Below are positions 27,310 to 32,000 of a stretch of DNA of 32,000 bases, one piece after another (the stretch's first letter is position 1; every line of letters begins with the position of its first letter). The notes under the pieces are model-generated. The model was not told where the DNA came from and made no database searches. It worked only from the letters and a program-made list of their open reading frames with translations. Location: contig NC_000964.3 in NCBI RefSeq assembly GCF_000009045.1, positions 1,740,001-1,772,000 on the forward strand, read 5' to 3'. This DNA is from Bacillus subtilis subsp. subtilis str. 168 (lineage in GTDB: Bacteria; Bacillota; Bacilli; Bacillales; Bacillaceae). Made by a program: the position numbers and the translations under genes.

Positions 27310-28872
27310 ATGACCCCAATTATGATGGTTCTCATCTCCATTTTGCTGATTCTACTCGGTTTAGTTGTTGGCTACTTTGTTCGTAAAACCATTGCCGAAG
27401 CGAAAATTGCGGGCGCACGCGGTGCAGCCGAGCAAATTCTTGAAGATGCGAAGCGTGATGCTGAAGCACTGAAAAAAGAAGCTCTGCTTGAAGCAAAGGA
27501 TGAAATCCACAAACTTCGAATAGATGCTGAACAGGAAGTTCGTGAAAGACGAAATGAGCTTCAAAAACAAGAAAACCGTTTACTCCAAAAGGAGGAAAAC
27601 CTTGATCGCAAACATGAGGGAATTGATAAACGGGAAGCGATGTTGGAGAAGAAAGATCATTCTCTGAATGAACGACAACAACATATTGAAGAGATGGAAA
27701 GCAAAGTGGATGAGATGATTCGTATGCAGCAGTCTGAGTTGGAACGAATTTCGAGTCTGACTCGTGACGAAGCGAAACAAATCATTCTTGAGCGGGTTGA
27801 AAACGAGCTTTCACATGACATCGCCATCATGACAAAAGAAACTGAAAACCGTGCGAAAGAAGAGGCGGATAAGAAAGCGAAAAACATTCTTTCACTCGCC
27901 TTACAGCGCTGCGCAGCGGACCACGTTGCCGAAACAACGGTATCAGTTGTCAATCTTCCAAATGATGAGATGAAAGGACGTATCATCGGACGGGAAGGGC
28001 GTAACATTCGTACGCTTGAAACGCTGACAGGAATTGACCTGATTATTGATGATACGCCTGAAGCTGTCATTCTTTCCGGATTTGATCCGATCAGACGTGA
28101 GACAGCCAGAATTGCTCTTGATAAACTCGTTCAGGATGGCCGTATTCATCCGGCACGGATTGAAGAAATGGTTGAAAAATCTCGCCGCGAGGTCGATGAC
28201 TATATTCGTGAGATGGGTGAGCAAACGACATTTGAGGTTGGCGTTCATGGCCTCCACCCAGATCTCATCAAGATCCTCGGCCGCTTAAAGTTCCGTACAA
28301 GCTACGGTCAAAATGTGCTTAAGCATTCCATGGAAGTCGCATTCTTGGCCGGTCTAATGGCATCGGAGCTTGGTGAAGACGCAAAGCTTGCTAAACGTGC
28401 GGGTCTTCTTCACGACATCGGGAAAGCAATTGACCATGAAGTAGAAGGAAGCCACGTTGAGATCGGGGTAGAGCTTGCGACCAAATATAAAGAGCACCCA
28501 GTCGTGATTAACAGTATTGCATCACACCACGGGGACGAGGAGCCGACTTCCATTATTGCTGTACTGGTAGCTGCAGCAGATGCGCTTTCCGCTGCAAGAC
28601 CTGGCGCAAGAAGTGAGACGCTCGAGAATTATATTCGAAGACTTGAAAAACTTGAAGAAATTTCTGAGTCCTACGAAGGTGTTGAAAAATCATTTGCCAT
28701 TCAGGCTGGACGCGAAGTGCGAATTATGGTGAAGCCGGATTCAATTAATGATCTTGAGGCTCATCGACTGGCGCGAGATATCCGCAAGCGAATTGAGGAC
28801 GAGCTCGATTATCCAGGTCATATTAAGGTGACAGTAATCAGAGAGACTCGAGCCGTAGAGTATGCAAAATAA
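27310..28872 (+). CDS. rny: Ribonuclease Y (membrane-anchored endoribonuclease), 520 aa
   Basis: N-terminal TM helix ([21 protein letters not shown]), a long Glu/Lys coiled-coil, a KH domain ([15 protein letters not shown]) and an HD domain (LLHDIGKA). SD is AGAGGAGGTG. Confidence 0.97.
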   Translation: MTPIMMVLISILLILLGLVVGYFVRKTIAEAKIAGARGAAEQILEDAKRDAEALKKEALLEAKDEIHKLRIDAEQEVRERRNELQKQENRLLQKEENLDRKHEGIDKREAMLEKKDHSLNERQQHIEEMESKVDEMIRMQQSELERISSLTRDEAKQIILERVENELSHDIAIMTKETENRAKEEADKKAKNILSLALQRCAADHVAETTVSVVNLPNDEMKGRIIGREGRNIRTLETLTGIDLIIDDTPEAVILSGFDPIRRETARIALDKLVQDGRIHPARIEEMVEKSRREVDDYIREMGEQTTFEVGVHGLHPDLIKILGRLKFRTSYGQNVLKHSMEVAFLAGLMASELGEDAKLAKRAGLLHDIGKAIDHEVEGSHVEIGVELATKYKEHPVVINSIASHHGDEEPTSIIAVLVAAADALSAARPGARSETLENYIRRLEKLEEISESYEGVEKSFAIQAGREVRIMVKPDSINDLEAHRLARDIRKRIEDELDYPGHIKVTVIRETRAVEYAK

Positions 28873-28903
28873 AGTGATGCGCTAAGCATCACTTTATTTT
28901 TTT
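28871..28903 (+). terminator. Intrinsic terminator between rny and ymdB (likely partial)
   Basis: AAAGTGATGC-gctaa-GCATCACTTT followed by ATTTTTTT. I found no promoter between it and ymdB. Confidence 0.85.
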
Positions 28904-28940
28904 GACGGCAAGGAATTTTCAAGAAGAAAGGATTTACAAA

Positions 28941-29735
28941 ATGAGAATTTTATTTATCGGAGATGTTGTCGGTTCACCGGGCCGTGACATGGTCAAAGAA
29001 TATGTACCAAAGCTAAAAACAAAATATAAGCCTCACTTTACCATTATTAATGGTGAAAACGCCGCACATGGAAAAGGCCTGACGGAAAAAATTTATCACA
29101 GCTTAATCCAGTCCGGCGCAGATGCAATCACAATGGGGAACCACACATGGGACAAAAAAGAAATATTTGATTTTATAGATGACGTTCCGAACTTGGTTCG
29201 CCCGGCAAACTTTCCTGAAGGAACACCGGGGAAAGGGATCACATATGTGAAAGCAAACGGCAAAGAACTAGCAGTCATTAATTTGCAGGGACGTACGTTT
29301 TTGCCGCCGCTTGATGACCCGTTTTTAAAAGCGGATGAATTGATCGCAGAAGCTGCGAAAAGAACACCGTACATTTTTATTGACTTTCATGCCGAAGCGA
29401 CAAGTGAAAAGCTCGCACTTGGCTGGTACACGGATGGACGGGCATCGGCTGTAGTAGGAACTCATACACACGTGCAAACAGCGGATAACCGCATTTTGCC
29501 GAAGGGAACGGCATATATTACTGATGTGGGAATGACTGGCCCGTATGACGGTATACTGGGGATGGACAGAGAGACGATTATTAAGCGATTCAAAACGAAC
29601 CTTCCAGTCCGGTTTACTGTCGCTGAAGGAAAAACAACGCTCAGCGGAGTTGTCATTGACATTGACGATCAAACGAAAAAAGCCGTGAAAATTGAGCGTA
29701 TTTTAATCAACGATGATCACATGTTCTTTGAATAG
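28941..29735 (+). CDS. ymdB: Calcineurin-like metallophosphoesterase (2',3'-cyclic-nucleotide phosphodiesterase; biofilm regulator), 264 aa
   Basis: The track ORF starts at TTG 28902, inside the terminator T-run. My preferred start is ATG 28941 (MRILFIGDVVGSPGR), behind AAGAAAGGA. Has the metallophosphoesterase motifs GD, GEN, GNH and GTHTH. Confidence 0.93.
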   Translation: MRILFIGDVVGSPGRDMVKEYVPKLKTKYKPHFTIINGENAAHGKGLTEKIYHSLIQSGADAITMGNHTWDKKEIFDFIDDVPNLVRPANFPEGTPGKGITYVKANGKELAVINLQGRTFLPPLDDPFLKADELIAEAAKRTPYIFIDFHAEATSEKLALGWYTDGRASAVVGTHTHVQTADNRILPKGTAYITDVGMTGPYDGILGMDRETIIKRFKTNLPVRFTVAEGKTTLSGVVIDIDDQTKKAVKIERILINDDHMFFE

Positions 29736-29777
29736 TTGAACATATGGTTATTTTATAAAAATATTAAAAAGAAAAGC

Positions 29778-29803
29778 AGGAATATAGCAACTCCTTAGTG
29801 AAT
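29778..29803 (+). promoter_or_regulatory. SigH-type promoter for spoVS
   Basis: AGGAATA (29778-29784), a 14-nt spacer, then TGAAT (29799-29803), compared with the SigH pattern RnAGGAwwT-N14-HGAAT. spoVS is reported to be SigH-dependent. Confidence 0.5.
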
Positions 29804-29934
29804 ATAGTAAAAATGGAAGGTAGCCCGCTATTTTTGAAAAGCATTGTGGGGATGGCTTTTTGGATAGCAACATCTAATAATGATTGTTCTAATGAACACT
29901 CACTTATCCATTGTAAAACTAAGGGGGAGCAGAA

Positions 29935-30195
29935 ATGGAAATCTTAAAAGTTTCAGCAAAATCGAGTCCAAATTCAGTGGCAGGTGCGCTTGCAGGCGTG
30001 TTGAGAGAGCGAGGAGCCGCCGAGATTCAAGCGATCGGAGCGGGTGCATTAAACCAGGCTGTAAAAGCTGTGGCGATTGCCAGGGGATTTGTGGCGCCAA
30101 GCGGCGTTGATTTGATTTGTATTCCGGCTTTTACAGATATTCAAATCGATGGGGAAGAAAGAACAGCGATTAAATTAATCGTGGAGCCTCGCTAA
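29935..30195 (+). CDS. spoVS: Stage V sporulation protein S, 86 aa
   Basis: MEILKVSAKSSPNSVAGALAGVLRERG... is recognised as SpoVS. SD is AAGGGGGAG. Confidence 0.95.
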   Translation: MEILKVSAKSSPNSVAGALAGVLRERGAAEIQAIGAGALNQAVKAVAIARGFVAPSGVDLICIPAFTDIQIDGEERTAIKLIVEPR

Positions 30196-30213
30196 AAACA
30201 AATAAAGCATTCT

Positions 30214-30247
30214 CAACCTGTTTGCGTAATGCAAACAGGTTGTTTTT
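30214..30247 (+). terminator. Strong intrinsic terminator after spoVS
   Basis: Perfect 12-bp stem CAACCTGTTTGC-gtaat-GCAAACAGGTTG followed by TTTTT. Confidence 0.92.
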
Positions 30248-30395
30248 CATTTATTGTGATATTTTCTCCCGATAGTATTTTTAGCACATAAATGAGCGAA
30301 TATACAAAATCAGAAATGAGCTAAAACGTTTCAAAAAAAATTTCCGCCCATTTTTCAAGACAGATACTTTTGTCCTTCTGGAAAAGACAGTTCTG

Positions 30396-30424
30396 TTTAC
30401 GCTTATTCCATATCATGGTACAAT
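30396..30424 (+). promoter_or_regulatory. Candidate SigA promoter for tdh-kbl
   Basis: TTTACG (30396-30401), a 17-nt spacer, then TACAAT (30419-30424), with the extended TG at 30416-30417 (TGGTACAAT). Confidence 0.5.
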
Positions 30425-30460
30425 CCGAATATAACAAGAATTTTTCAAGGAGGATTGTAC

Positions 30461-31504
30461 ATGCAGAGTGGAAAGATGAAAGCTCTAATGAAAAAGGACG
30501 GGGCGTTCGGTGCTGTGCTGACTGAAGTTCCCATTCCTGAGATTGATAAACATGAAGTCCTCATAAAAGTGAAAGCCGCTTCCATATGCGGCACGGATGT
30601 CCACATTTATAATTGGGATCAATGGGCACGTCAGAGAATCAAAACACCCTATGTTTTCGGCCATGAGTTCAGCGGCATCGTAGAGGGCGTGGGAGAGAAT
30701 GTCAGCAGTGTAAAAGTGGGAGAGTATGTGTCTGCGGAAACACACATTGTCTGTGGTGAATGTGTCCCTTGCCTAACAGGAAAATCTCATGTGTGTACCA
30801 ATACTGCTATAATCGGAGTGGACACGGCAGGCTGTTTTGCGGAGTATGTAAAAGTTCCAGCTGATAACATTTGGAGAAATCCCGCTGATATGGACCCGTC
30901 GATTGCTTCCATTCAAGAGCCTTTAGGAAATGCAGTTCATACCGTACTCGAGAGCCAGCCTGCAGGAGGAACGACTGCAGTCATTGGATGCGGACCGATT
31001 GGTCTTATGGCTGTTGCGGTTGCAAAAGCAGCAGGAGCTTCTCAGGTGATAGCGATTGATAAGAATGAATACAGGCTGAGGCTTGCAAAACAAATGGGAG
31101 CGACTTGTACTGTTTCTATTGAAAAAGAAGACCCGCTCAAAATTGTAAGCGCTTTAACGAGTGGAGAAGGAGCAGATCTTGTTTGTGAGATGTCGGGCCA
31201 TCCCTCAGCGATTGCCCAAGGTCTTGCGATGGCTGCGAATGGCGGAAGATTTCATATTCTCAGCTTGCCGGAACATCCGGTGACAATTGATTTGACGAAT
31301 AAAGTGGTATTTAAAGGGCTTACCATCCAAGGAATCACAGGAAGAAAAATGTTTTCAACATGGCGCCAGGTGTCTCAGTTGATCAGTTCAAACATGATCG
31401 ATCTTGCACCTGTTATTACCCATCAGTTTCCATTAGAGGAGTTTGAAAAAGGTTTCGAACTGATGAGAAGCGGGCAGTGCGGAAAAGTAATTTTAATTCC
31501 ATAA
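30461..31504 (+). CDS. tdh: L-threonine 3-dehydrogenase (zinc-dependent MDR family), 347 aa
   Basis: The track ORF starts at TTG 30455. My preferred start is ATG 30461 (MQSGKMKALMKK), 6 nt behind AAGGAGGA. Has the catalytic zinc region CGTDVH/GHEFSG, the structural-zinc cysteines CGECVPCLTGKSHVC and the NAD loop GCGPIG. Confidence 0.95.
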   Translation: MQSGKMKALMKKDGAFGAVLTEVPIPEIDKHEVLIKVKAASICGTDVHIYNWDQWARQRIKTPYVFGHEFSGIVEGVGENVSSVKVGEYVSAETHIVCGECVPCLTGKSHVCTNTAIIGVDTAGCFAEYVKVPADNIWRNPADMDPSIASIQEPLGNAVHTVLESQPAGGTTAVIGCGPIGLMAVAVAKAAGASQVIAIDKNEYRLRLAKQMGATCTVSIEKEDPLKIVSALTSGEGADLVCEMSGHPSAIAQGLAMAANGGRFHILSLPEHPVTIDLTNKVVFKGLTIQGITGRKMFSTWRQVSQLISSNMIDLAPVITHQFPLEEFEKGFELMRSGQCGKVILIP

Positions 31505-31516
31505 AGGGGGATAAAC

Positions 31517-32000
31517 ATGACGAAGGAATTTGAGTTTTTAAAAGCAGAGCTTAATAGTATGAAAGAAAACCATACATGGCAAGACATAAAACAGCTTGAA
31601 TCTATGCAGGGCCCATCTGTCACAGTGAATCACCAAAAAGTCATTCAGCTATCTTCTAATAATTACCTCGGATTCACTTCACATCCTAGACTCATCAACG
31701 CCGCACAGGAGGCCGTTCAGCAGTATGGAGCCGGCACCGGATCAGTGAGAACGATTGCGGGTACATTTACAATGCATCAAGAGCTTGAGAAAAAGCTGGC
31801 AGCCTTTAAAAAAACGGAGGCGGCACTTGTATTCCAATCAGGCTTCACAACAAACCAAGGCGTACTTTCAAGTATTCTATCAAAAGAGGACATTGTCATC
31901 TCAGATGAATTGAACCATGCCTCTATTATTGACGGAATTCGACTGACAAAGGCGGATAAAAAGGTGTATCAGCACGTCAATATGAGTGATTTAGAGCGGG
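31517..32000 (+). CDS. kbl: 2-amino-3-ketobutyrate CoA ligase (glycine C-acetyltransferase), N-terminal 161 codons; the 3' end lies beyond the window
   Basis: ATG 31517 behind AAGGGGGA, 12 nt after the tdh stop. Frame 2 stays open to the window end (MTKEFEFLKAELNSMKENHTWQDIK...NNYLGFTSHPRLI...DELNHASIIDG), typical of the PLP-dependent alpha-oxoamine synthase family. It is absent from the ORF track only because no stop falls inside the window. Confidence 0.9.
   Translation, partial: MTKEFEFLKAELNSMKENHTWQDIKQLESMQGPSVTVNHQKVIQLSSNNYLGFTSHPRLINAAQEAVQQYGAGTGSVRTIAGTFTMHQELEKKLAAFKKTEAALVFQSGFTTNQGVLSSILSKEDIVISDELNHASIIDGIRLTKADKKVYQHVNMSDLER

Noticed and set aside
27657-28070. 137-aa minus-strand ORF inside rny, and similar ones at 13357-13716 and 13996-14292 inside spoIIIE
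   Set aside because: They are antisense shadows of strongly biased coding regions (the Glu/Lys-rich coiled-coil gives a Ser/Phe/Leu-rich antisense frame). They have no RBS and no domains.
28902-28940. N-terminal extensions in the ORF track: ymdB from TTG 28902, and likewise 127 (pnpA), 1600, 3915, 5970, 7114, 8344, 12269, 19619, 20398, 21650 and 30455
   Set aside because: In each case an internal ATG, GTG or TTG has a properly spaced GGAGG-like Shine-Dalgarno. The extension also runs through a terminator, hairpin or promoter, or simply reflects the longest-ORF rule. For pnpA the true start lies upstream of the window.
29880-30110. 76-aa (+) and 66-aa (-) ORFs overlapping spoVS
   Set aside because: These are alternative frames of the well-recognised spoVS gene. 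They are Arg/Cys/Ser-rich and lack an RBS.
1-32000. Search for a defence, mobile or accessory island (integrases, toxin-antitoxin pairs, strand switches, compositional breaks, tRNA-flanked insertions)
   Set aside because: All 30 genes are co-directional, recognisable core genes in the expected B. subtilis order, with uniform composition. Nothing suggests horizontally acquired DNA.

Overview
From the translated proteins I recognise this as a core-chromosome segment of Bacillus subtilis (168-like), running pnpA -> kbl. This is recall, not a database search. It holds 30 co-directional genes, all on the + strand: pnpA(partial)-ylxY-mlpA-ymxH | spoVFA-spoVFB-asd-dapG-dapA | rnjB | tepA-ylzJ | spoIIIE | ymfC | ymfD | ymfF-ymfH | ymfI-ymfJ | ymfK(frameshifted) - rodZ - pgsA-cinA-recA | pbpX | rny-ymdB | spoVS | tdh-kbl(partial). 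Gene boundaries mostly carry clear intrinsic terminators and recognisable promoters, including SigK-type for spoVF, a LexA/Cheo box plus SigA for recA, ECF-type for pbpX and SigH-type for spoVS. I corrected several six-frame-track starts to internal starts that have proper Shine-Dalgarno sequences. I see no rRNA, tRNA, CRISPR array, transposase, integrase, prophage or other accessory-island signature, and no convincing minus-strand gene. This is ordinary housekeeping and sporulation DNA, and I do not find an obviously novel multi-gene system. The leads worth a second look are: (1) ymfK (ACT-like domain + P-loop) is split by a frameshift between its Walker A and Walker B motifs, at a (GT)3/A4 slippery patch. 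(2) A recurring motif TAYAGTTGY sits on the promoters of both the GntR regulator gene ymfC and the ymfF-ymfH M16-peptidase operon, suggesting an undescribed regulatory link. (3) The active/inactive M16 pair plus SDR plus small acidic protein forms a module with no known substrate. (4) The spoIIIE, rny and spoVS mRNAs have structured or uORF-bearing leaders. All interest scores are modest.
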